A DNA stretch of 64,000 bases from a virus. Shown here in pieces: positions 17,297 through 23,288 of the stretch; positions within the stretch are counted from its first letter, which is position 1; every line of letters starts with the position of its first letter. Where the stretch lies: IMG/VR virus record IMGVR_UViG_3300010389_000006, positions 16,786 through 80,785 of that record. The stretch is one strand, 5' to 3'. The position numbers and the translations under genes were made by a program. The notes beneath the pieces are model-generated. The model made no database searches. It was given only the letters and a program-made list of their open reading frames with translations, and was not told where the DNA came from.

Positions 17297-17676
17297 GTAT
17301 CCCTGATTTTCAAACTGAAGAGCACCAACAAGAGTTTGAACTGTTGTTCGAACAAAAAGCAACTGTCTACATCAACATGATGAACAAAGTGAAGGACATG
17401 ATGTATGGCACTGGTGGTGGCAATTATGCTAATCTACCTGGCACATGTCAAGAAGTTCTCAGAGACATTACGCAATCACTGATCTATGATACTGAGTATG
17501 CATTCAAGGATGCTCACCTAGAGTATAAGGGCTCAGAGGATGAGATCTTCATTCCTTATCGTTCATTCAAGGAGAATGTATTAGAAGCACTCAATGAGGC
17601 ACTTACACCCTATGAGTTGCAATACAAGAATGAATGTGATACACTAGCATGTGCGGACCATTTGGGCGATGATTAA
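17293..17676 (+). CDS. Hypothetical protein
   Basis: ORF track, 127 aa. Confidence 0.7.
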   Translation: MSIPDFQTEEHQQEFELLFEQKATVYINMMNKVKDMMYGTGGGNYANLPGTCQEVLRDITQSLIYDTEYAFKDAHLEYKGSEDEIFIPYRSFKENVLEALNEALTPYELQYKNECDTLACADHLGDD

Positions 17677-18070
17677 AGTAACTCAAGAAAATGACAACAC
17701 GTTCACGATCTACTGGGACGAAAATGACCCAACAGAAAAAGTCTTCAACGACTACACAGAGGAAGACTTCATCAACCTCATCCAGAACTACCTCAACACT
17801 CTCCAAGAATCTGGAGAAGTTGACATCAACCAAGTCGCAGAAGCAGTTAACCAAATCAACGACCACATCGAAGAAGAAATCATCGCAACCTGCGAAGAAA
17901 CCTTCGGTGAAGACTGCTACGAAAAAGACACCACTCTCTACGAGTTCATCGACCAAACAGCAGAAGAACTCTTCGAAGACATCAGCAACGCGGAAAAGTT
18001 CACAGACTGGTACTCAGTCAAAGAAGAAGCAATCCGAGAGTATCAAGATACAGAACTCAAGGAAGATTGA
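17669..18070 (+). CDS. Hypothetical highly acidic protein
   Basis: MIKVTQENDNTFTIYWDENDP...; overlapped in another frame by 17691-18218. Confidence 0.65.
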   Translation: MIKVTQENDNTFTIYWDENDPTEKVFNDYTEEDFINLIQNYLNTLQESGEVDINQVAEAVNQINDHIEEEIIATCEETFGEDCYEKDTTLYEFIDQTAEELFEDISNAEKFTDWYSVKEEAIREYQDTELKED

Positions 18071-18218
18071 ACTCTTCCCCCACCTGACATCTTTCCCCTA
18101 TTTCCTTGATGATCTAACTGAAAAGAAAAAATGTTGGTTTACCTGTGAAGAACATGCAAGAAAATACATTGAACGATACAACCCACAATACAAACTATAC
18201 TGTTACACTGGAGGGTGA
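17691..18218 (+). CDS. Hypothetical protein: K/S/T-rich N-terminal part plus C-terminal globular domain
   Basis: C-terminal IELFPHLTSFPY...KKCWFTCEEHARKYIERY looks protein-like. The only upstream ATGs lie inside the previous gene. Confidence 0.5.
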   Translation: MTTRSRSTGTKMTQQKKSSTTTQRKTSSTSSRTTSTLSKNLEKLTSTKSQKQLTKSTTTSKKKSSQPAKKPSVKTATKKTPLSTSSSTKQQKNSSKTSATRKSSQTGTQSKKKQSESIKIQNSRKIELFPHLTSFPYFLDDLTEKKKCWFTCEEHARKYIERYNPQYKLYCYTGG

Positions 18219-18339
18219 TGATGATGAATGTATTCTCCCATTACCAGATGAGATCCTAGATGAACTTGACTGGCAAGAAGGAGATGTGCTAGAATGGGTT
18301 GTCAACGATGACAACACCATAACAATACATAAAGTATAA
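18154..18339 (+). CDS. AbrB/MazE-like DNA-binding protein
   Basis: ILPLPDEILDELDWQEGDVLEWVVNDDNTITIHKV matches the swapped-hairpin pattern. Confidence 0.65.
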   Translation: MQENTLNDTTHNTNYTVTLEGDDDECILPLPDEILDELDWQEGDVLEWVVNDDNTITIHKV

Positions 18340-18356
18340 CCAACACTCACACTATC

Positions 18357-18488
18357 ATGACTGTAGAAGAGTTCTATCAAGAAATGGAAGAACAAGCACT
18401 AGAGGACATCTTCCTAGGTTATATTGATGCGTCCTACTATGATGATGAACTATACACACTAGAAATAGATTACACCACACAGTCATGA
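18357..18488 (+). CDS. Hypothetical acidic peptide (43 aa)
   Basis: MTVEEFYQEMEEQALEDIF... Confidence 0.45.
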   Translation: MTVEEFYQEMEEQALEDIFLGYIDASYYDDELYTLEIDYTTQS

Positions 18489-18583
18489 TTAGTACACTCT
18501 TTGTTCTCTCATTTACTATTCTACTAGTAGCAACACTAGAATACACTTGGCCAGTAAAAGACGCAATTAAACGATTCAAATGA
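18485..18583 (+). CDS. Small single-TM peptide (32 aa)
   Basis: MISTLFVLSFTILLVATLEYTWPVKDAIKRFK*; ATGA overlaps at both ends. Confidence 0.55.
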   Translation: MISTLFVLSFTILLVATLEYTWPVKDAIKRFK

Positions 18584-18804
18584 CTGTACCATACTATGTT
18601 GAAGAACCTATCACATGGAAACAAGTTAAAGTTCCGTATGATATTGTTCAATACTGTGATGCCTTTACTCCACTCTCTGATCGTGAAGATCTAGAATATG
18701 TTGACTGTGTATGGATGCATATGGGATACTATGGTGTGCCCAAACACATAATGAAAGCAGTAAGAGAAGAGTGGAACCCTAACATTATCCCCGTATTCGA
18801 ATGA
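18580..18804 (+). CDS. Hypothetical protein
   Basis: ORF track, 74 aa. Confidence 0.7.
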   Translation: MTVPYYVEEPITWKQVKVPYDIVQYCDAFTPLSDREDLEYVDCVWMHMGYYGVPKHIMKAVREEWNPNIIPVFE

Positions 18805-18983
18805 TAAAAGCATATCTACAACGAGTAAAAGAAAGAGCAGGTCCTATCCTACTCATGGGTAATATTATGATCATGTTCTTCAATCTACTCTACATTGGTC
18901 ACAAACTAGACAACCTAGCAAATAAACAAATATTTGTATGTGAACTCTCATCCTATACTACATCAGTATGCCTAGAGCAATAA
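18801..18983 (+). CDS. Hypothetical TM protein
   Basis: ORF track, 60 aa, one hydrophobic stretch. Confidence 0.55.
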   Translation: MIKAYLQRVKERAGPILLMGNIMIMFFNLLYIGHKLDNLANKQIFVCELSSYTTSVCLEQ

Positions 18984-19177
18984 AAGAACATTTTACTCAT
19001 GGAGGATTGCCACCTACAAGTATCAATATACTCAGACTAATCAGTGAACTAGAAGGATGCTATCAACTAACAAAGTATATGGCATTTGATGATGACAATA
19101 CTATCATCAATGAAATGAAACAACGATACTACAAACTATACTACCAAACAGTTAAACAAGAGAAGAATAATGTATAG
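18968..19177 (+). CDS. Hypothetical protein
   Basis: ORF track, 69 aa. Confidence 0.6.
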   Translation: MPRAIKEHFTHGGLPPTSINILRLISELEGCYQLTKYMAFDDDNTIINEMKQRYYKLYYQTVKQEKNNV

Positions 19178-19331
19178 TGTACAAACATGGGATGAAGAAT
19201 ATCATATGGTAAGATACCACACAGTAGCAGATGCTATTGACTACGAAGATGCAGCACAAGTGGTAAAAGATCTCAACCCAGGGCAAAATGTAATAGGTGT
19301 GACAAAGCATCGTGCTAATGAGAATCAATAA
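19170..19331 (+). CDS. Hypothetical protein (53 aa, not in track)
   Basis: MYSVQTWDEEYHMVRYHTV...ENQ*. Confidence 0.55.
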   Translation: MYSVQTWDEEYHMVRYHTVADAIDYEDAAQVVKDLNPGQNVIGVTKHRANENQ

Positions 19332-19379
19332 GGAAATTATGTAGTTTTCAAGGTGCTTCCGCGCTAGTAATAGCAAGGG

Positions 19380-19408
19380 TTCTCAATAGTGTGTGCTAGT
19401 TGAGAATC
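19380..19408. repeat. Palindromic element TTCTCAATAG-N10-TTGAGAATC, copy A
   Basis: Same arms as copy B at 21609-21636. TGAGAATCAATAA also occurs at both 19319-19331 and 19401-19413. Confidence 0.75.
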
Positions 19409-19495
19409 AATAATAAGAAATGGTTAATTAAATAGGGGTAAGGTGCGCTGGAGATGTTGGCTTAGCACGCTACCTATCGAAAGTCAAGAACACAT

Positions 19496-19553
19496 GTGCC
19501 AGTCCTCAAAGTGTCCTCAGAGACCCTCCCAGACCCCTCAGAGGGACTATAAT
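19496..19553 (+). promoter_or_regulatory. Early-type promoter element copy 6
   Basis: GTGCCAGTC-CTCA-AAGTGTCCT; TATAAT 19548-19553. Confidence 0.8.
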
Positions 19554-19582
19554 ACTGTCATGAGGCAAGGGGAGGACTTTTC

Positions 19583-19684
19583 AAGTTTTCTCTAAATCTC
19601 AAAAATCCAAAAAACTCACTTTTTTAAGATTTTGAAAAAATGAGAAAACTTAAATTCTTGTTTTTTTGAGTTTTTTGGATTTTT
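19583..19684. repeat. Two interleaved perfect inverted repeats (10 bp and 18 bp)
   Basis: AAGTTTTCTC 19583-19592 / GAGAAAACTT 19642-19651; AAAAATCCAAAAAACTCA 19601-19618 / TGAGTTTTTTGGATTTTT 19667-19684. Confidence 0.8.
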
Positions 19685-19714
19685 AACCTTTAATAACAAC
19701 AACAAACACTCAAA

Positions 19715-19960
19715 ATGTCTAAGAAGTACGACAATTTAATCTCTACTGCTATTAAAAGCGTAGAAATTGTCGAAAACACTGTTATAATTGTCTATAATAG
19801 CAATATAGACAAAGAATATACATTTAACTGTGAAAATGTAGAACAATTCCAAGAAGATTTGTGTAAAGAACTTATCAGTATTGAACTGAAGACTGGAGGG
19901 AGTCTAGGTAAGTTTCTTTATACTCAAATCAAGAATTCTGTCTTGATTGAATCTAAATAA
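19715..19960 (+). CDS. Hypothetical protein, possibly KTSC-like
   Basis: STAIKSVEI...IVYNSN..KEYTF...SLGKFL pattern. Confidence 0.55.
   Translation: MSKKYDNLISTAIKSVEIVENTVIIVYNSNIDKEYTFNCENVEQFQEDLCKELISIELKTGGSLGKFLYTQIKNSVLIESK
19952..19959 (+). promoter_or_regulatory. Possible T4-type late promoter
   Basis: TCTAAATA upstream of ATG 19995. Confidence 0.4.
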
Positions 19961-19994
19961 TACACACAGTTTGAGTTAACATTCACCACAAATC

Positions 19995-20153
19995 ATGGGC
20001 AAACGTTATAATCAGTCCGACAACCAAAAGTATCAACAATTCGATGAAGAATTCGAAGACTTTGGTTACGAAGTGAAGAACATTCGAAGGCAGACTAAAA
20101 AGAAAGTTACCAAATTCAAGAGGGAAGTGGACGAATACTATGACAGTTTCTGA
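19995..20153 (+). CDS. Hypothetical protein (52 aa, not in track)
   Basis: MGKRYNQSDNQKYQQFDEEFEDF...YYDSF*; the stop lies in promoter box 7. Confidence 0.6.
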   Translation: MGKRYNQSDNQKYQQFDEEFEDFGYEVKNIRRQTKKKVTKFKREVDEYYDSF

Positions 20154-20196
20154 ACTGTCCACTTAATCCCCCATTTGTCCCGTTAGCGTGTATTGT
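20140..20196 (+). promoter_or_regulatory. Early-type promoter element copy 7
   Basis: ATGACAGTT-TCTG-AACTGTCCA; TATTGT 20191-20196. Confidence 0.7.
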
Positions 20197-20200
20197 ATAC

Positions 20201-20428
20201 ATGTTGACGGGATTTTTCATGACTTTCATCTTCTCCAAGGCAAACGAGTTAGTATACACATTGGATGGTAATCACCAGCGAGTTTTGATGTATCACCCGC
20301 TGCTATCTGATGGGAGCGTTGAGTCTAACCGTGGTGCCTATGAGTATGTTGAATGGGATGAACTTGATGATAAAGAACTCGTAGAGGCAGATCGTTGCCA
20401 CAAACTGTTGCTCGCTGAAGTTAACTAA
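20201..20428 (+). CDS. Hypothetical early protein
   Basis: ORF track, 75 aa; alternative start 20219. Confidence 0.65.
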   Translation: MLTGFFMTFIFSKANELVYTLDGNHQRVLMYHPLLSDGSVESNRGAYEYVEWDELDDKELVEADRCHKLLLAEVN

Positions 20429-20441
20429 TTCATCCACAATC

Positions 20442-20642
20442 ATGCAATTCCAAGTTACACAAATTGAGTTTGATTTTGAGGATAGTCTCTATCCTATGAG
20501 TGAGGAAGAATGTGCTGAGTTTTATGATGACTACATCGGCACATTTTGGGAGGCAGATGATGGTGATGATTTGGTAGAAGAGATTACATGTGCTGCAGGA
20601 TATTGCGTCAAGACTATAGACTACCGTATCATCCTTGATTAA
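20442..20642 (+). CDS. Hypothetical acidic protein
   Basis: ORF track, 66 aa. Confidence 0.7.
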   Translation: MQFQVTQIEFDFEDSLYPMSEEECAEFYDDYIGTFWEADDGDDLVEEITCAAGYCVKTIDYRIILD

Positions 20643-20653
20643 TACAAACTACT

Positions 20654-20712
20654 GTGCCAGTCGGGGCAGTGTCCACTTTGCCTCGCAGATCGTCCCCACC
20701 CGTGCCTATAAT
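20654..20712 (+). promoter_or_regulatory. Early-type promoter element copy 8
   Basis: GTGCCAGTC-GGGG-CAGTGTCCA; TATAAT 20707-20712. Confidence 0.75.
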
Positions 20713-20718
20713 GTCAGC

Positions 20719-20910
20719 ATGAACAACTTCACTATCACCTGCCCTGCTCTGGGCGAGACCGAGACCACGACCGACCTGGATCGTGCCATGGATATCTGCT
20801 TCGCTATGCATGACGAGTCCGACTCCTATGCCTACATCCGAGACGCCTTCGGTGATATCGTGGGCGAGTATGGCGACGTTATGGAGGCAGTCGCTGACCA
20901 GTTGATCTAG
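20719..20910 (+). CDS. Hypothetical early protein, probably leaderless
   Basis: MNNFTITCPALGETE...; ATG sits 7 nt after the -10 hexamer. Confidence 0.7.
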   Translation: MNNFTITCPALGETETTTDLDRAMDICFAMHDESDSYAYIRDAFGDIVGEYGDVMEAVADQLI

Positions 20911-20953
20911 TGTCACACAGGGGGTTGCAATTGCCCCCAATCTCCTCCATACT
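20895..20953 (+). promoter_or_regulatory. Early-type promoter element copy 9
   Basis: TGACCAGTT-GATC-TAGTGTCAC; GGGGG..CCCCC hairpin; CATACT 20948-20953. Confidence 0.7.
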
Positions 20954-20979
20954 AACCAAAGTTCAAACAACCGCTTCAC

Positions 20980-21342
20980 ATGACCCGCAAGATCGAACGT
21001 GAGATGAATGCTGCTATCAGCAACAATCTTAACTGGTCTAAAGCAAACACTCGTGTAGAGTTTGACGCTGACACTAACGAGTCTAAAGTGTATCTGCACG
21101 GCAACCACATTGCAGACGTAGGTGAGAACTATGTGCGTCTGTTTGATGGTGGTTGGCAATCTAACACCACCAAATCTCGCATCAATGCTATTCTCGGTGA
21201 GCATGGTATTTCTGGTGAGGGTATCTTTCAAAAGAACTATCAGTGGTTCATTCGTCTCTACAATGGCACTGAATTCTTTGTGACTGAGTTTCGCAATGGT
21301 ATGAAATTGGGTGATCTGCCCTACTCTCTGCTGCTCGCCTGA
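20980..21342 (+). CDS. Conserved phage early hypothetical protein
   Basis: MTRKIEREMNAAI...YLHGNHIA...DGGWQSNTTKSRINAIL. Confidence 0.75.
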   Translation: MTRKIEREMNAAISNNLNWSKANTRVEFDADTNESKVYLHGNHIADVGENYVRLFDGGWQSNTTKSRINAILGEHGISGEGIFQKNYQWFIRLYNGTEFFVTEFRNGMKLGDLPYSLLLA

Positions 21343-21381
21343 GCATAACTTAGTCCACACATTCACCATTGCATTCTTAAC

Positions 21382-21585
21382 ATGAACGACGCTGAACTCT
21401 TCGCTCTCAAAGAGAACTATTGCAACCATATCATCGATGGCATGGATATGGATACGCTGTGCCAAATGGCATACGATTTGCTACTCGATGCATACAAGGA
21501 TTGCAGTGAGGATGAGATGATTGAAGAGATCAAAGATCTGTATGATGAGGATACTTTGATCAGTTTAATCCCTGAGGCGATGTAA
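21382..21585 (+). CDS. Hypothetical acidic protein
   Basis: ORF track, 67 aa. Confidence 0.7.
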   Translation: MNDAELFALKENYCNHIIDGMDMDTLCQMAYDLLLDAYKDCSEDEMIEEIKDLYDEDTLISLIPEAM

Positions 21586-21607
21586 CACTTAGCACCTCTA
21601 ATCTGTT

Positions 21608-21636
21608 ATTCTCAATAGACTTTCTTATTGAGAATC
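21608..21636. repeat. Palindromic element copy B (perfect 10-bp stem)
   Basis: ATTCTCAATA 21608-21617 / TATTGAGAAT 21626-21635. Confidence 0.75.
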
Positions 21637-21708
21637 GCGGCTCAAACTAGTACGTCTGAACTCATGGCACATTTTACGATGCCCCATCTGCCTGTCGTCA
21701 AGGCATCG

Positions 21709-21767
21709 GGGACAGTCGATGAACTGGCATGGAATGCCGCCAAACGTGCCCTAGGGGTGCTTATAAT
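21709..21767 (+). promoter_or_regulatory. Early-type promoter element copy 10
   Basis: GGGACAGTC-GATG-AACTGGCAT; TATAAT 21762-21767. Confidence 0.8.
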
Positions 21768-21791
21768 GACTTCAGTTCAAAGGAAACGCAA

Positions 21792-22007
21792 TTGACCAAC
21801 GCCATCGCAGTTCAACCCAGCGCCTGGGGAAAGTTCGATCCTAACGGGTGCGACTGGGCGACCGACATGAACCACGCTTTCAGGATCGGTAAACTGTGGG
21901 GAGAGGAGTGCATGATCTGGATGTGCCCTCCCTCTGGTGAACCCATCCGCTGGTGTCGCACCGATGCCAACACCAACGCCATCGCTGATCTGGTGTTCGG
22001 TTGCTAA
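21792..22007 (+). CDS. Hypothetical early protein (TTG start)
   Basis: LTNAIAVQPSAWGKFDP...; purine-rich AAGGAAA precedes TTG 21792. Confidence 0.6.
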   Translation: MTNAIAVQPSAWGKFDPNGCDWATDMNHAFRIGKLWGEECMIWMCPPSGEPIRWCRTDANTNAIADLVFGC

Positions 22008-22051
22008 GGTGTCCACCATTTCCCCCAAAGCGCCTCAAGACCTGCCATACT
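21994..22051 (+). promoter_or_regulatory. Early-type promoter element copy 11
   Basis: TGTTCGGTT-GCTA-AGGTGTCCA; CATACT 22046-22051. Confidence 0.6.
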
Positions 22052-22057
22052 AGTCTC

Positions 22058-22240
22058 ATGACAAACGAAACCAACTTCAACCGCTTCTCCTTCGCTTCCA
22101 TCGCTGGCAAGGCAGGGCAGCAACCCGCCAACTATGCCACCGACATGGGCGACGGCGACTTCGATGATTACTTCACCGCTGAGGACATCGACCGCCGCCG
22201 CTACGAAACCGAGATGCGCCGCCAACGCTACGGGTACTGA
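22058..22240 (+). CDS. Hypothetical early protein, probably leaderless
   Basis: MTNETNFNRFSFASIAG...; ATG sits 7 nt after the -10 hexamer. Confidence 0.65.
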   Translation: MTNETNFNRFSFASIAGKAGQQPANYATDMGDGDFDDYFTAEDIDRRRYETEMRRQRYGY

Positions 22241-22290
22241 TGCTGGCATCCCTTACTAAACCCCGTTCCCCATCCTACCACAGGCAGACC

Positions 22291-22404
22291 ATGTTTCGAC
22301 TGATCATCCTAGCAGCGGTTGGCGTTCTCTTCTGGACCAGCACCCCTGCCCGTACTGTGACGGCGGATGCACTGTCCACCATAGAGCAGGCAGTGCGCCC
22401 CTGA
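22291..22404 (+). CDS. Small signal/TM peptide (37 aa, not in track)
   Basis: MFRLIILAAVGVLFWTSTPARTVTADALSTIEQAVRP*. Confidence 0.55.
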   Translation: MFRLIILAAVGVLFWTSTPARTVTADALSTIEQAVRP

Positions 22405-22415
22405 CCCTGTAGAAT
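22357..22415 (+). promoter_or_regulatory. Early-type promoter element copy 12
   Basis: GTGACGGCG-GATG-CACTGTCCA; TAGAAT 22410-22415. Confidence 0.65.
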
Positions 22416-22442
22416 AACCACATCAACACAACACACAACGAC

Positions 22443-22712
22443 ATGACCAGCACCCTCTCCACTTACAACGGTTGGGCAACCTACGAGACTTGGAACGCTG
22501 CCCTCTGGATTGGCAACGATGAATTTCTTTACAACACCGCTAAGGCGTGTGTCGAGTTCTGTGCCCCTTGGGAGACCCCCTGGGAGAAGTTCGTGCGCTG
22601 CATGACCGAAGGGCAGATCGGTCGCCACCTCGTCAAGACTGGCGACGGCGTGGCATGGGATTCTCCTGCCATCGATGCAGACGAGATGAACGAGATGATG
22701 GGCGATCTCTGA
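22443..22712 (+). CDS. Conserved phage hypothetical protein (YNGWxxYETW family)
   Basis: TYNGWATYETWNAALWIGNDEFLY. Confidence 0.75.
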   Translation: MTSTLSTYNGWATYETWNAALWIGNDEFLYNTAKACVEFCAPWETPWEKFVRCMTEGQIGRHLVKTGDGVAWDSPAIDADEMNEMMGDL

Positions 22713-22757
22713 ACCGCACACCAGGGGGGTCTCTACTGCCCCCCTTGCCTGTAGACT
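22699..22757 (+). promoter_or_regulatory. Early-type promoter element copy 13
   Basis: TGGGCGATC-TCTG-AACCGCACA; GGGGGG..CCCCCC hairpin; TAGACT 22752-22757. Confidence 0.6.
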
Positions 22758-22779
22758 AACCACAACAACACAGCACAGC

Positions 22780-22953
22780 ATGACCAAGCGCAACCCCACC
22801 TGCTTCCGCCTCGCCTCTGACATCACCACCCGCCAGACAGGATGGGTCAGCAGCAACACCCTGCAGGGCACAGCACACAGCGCCTACATGATCGCAGGCG
22901 TCTTTGCAGAGCACCATGCACAGGAAGCGATCGACCGCCTGCCCACGTGGTGA
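22780..22953 (+). CDS. Hypothetical protein (57 aa, not in track)
   Basis: MTKRNPTCFRLASDITTRQTGWV...LPTW*. Confidence 0.6.
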   Translation: MTKRNPTCFRLASDITTRQTGWVSSNTLQGTAHSAYMIAGVFAEHHAQEAIDRLPTW

Positions 22954-22991
22954 TCCATCCTAGCACCTAGGCATTTCTCTACACTAACACC

Positions 22992-23168
22992 ATGACAGAT
23001 AAGCAACTCAAACGCCTTGCACTTGCACACGGTTGGATTAAAGAACGCAATGGCAGTAAGCATGAGAAATGGATACACAAATCAGGTAATGTGATGACTA
23101 TTCCATACAGACCTAAGGAACACACAGCACGACACATTGCGAGGCGATTGGTGACACTTAGCGCCTGA
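22992..23168 (+). CDS. hicA: HicA-like mRNA interferase (58 aa, not in track)
   Basis: MTDKQLKRLALAHGWIKERNGSKHEKWIHKSGNVMTIPYRPK...: GW-x3-R-x-GSKH-x4-H-x-SG-x3-TIP resembles HicA. Confidence 0.65.
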   Translation: MTDKQLKRLALAHGWIKERNGSKHEKWIHKSGNVMTIPYRPKEHTARHIARRLVTLSA

Positions 23169-23280
23169 CAGTTAGTGACAGTGGGGGCAGTTAATTATGC
23201 CCCCTATGTTATACTTAAGGTCGCCAAGCGGTTTCCAAAAACGCATGACTCCCCTAACCTACAAAAGTATCCAGACGACC

Positions 23281-23288
23281 GATAAATA
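23281..23288 (+). promoter_or_regulatory. T4-type late promoter
   Basis: GATAAATA at the start of the structural block. Confidence 0.55.

Noticed and set aside
8691-22757. Repeated boxes as a CRISPR-like array
   Set aside because: Repeats are degenerate, irregularly spaced (hundreds to thousands of bp), separated by genes and tied to -10 hexamers; no cas genes.
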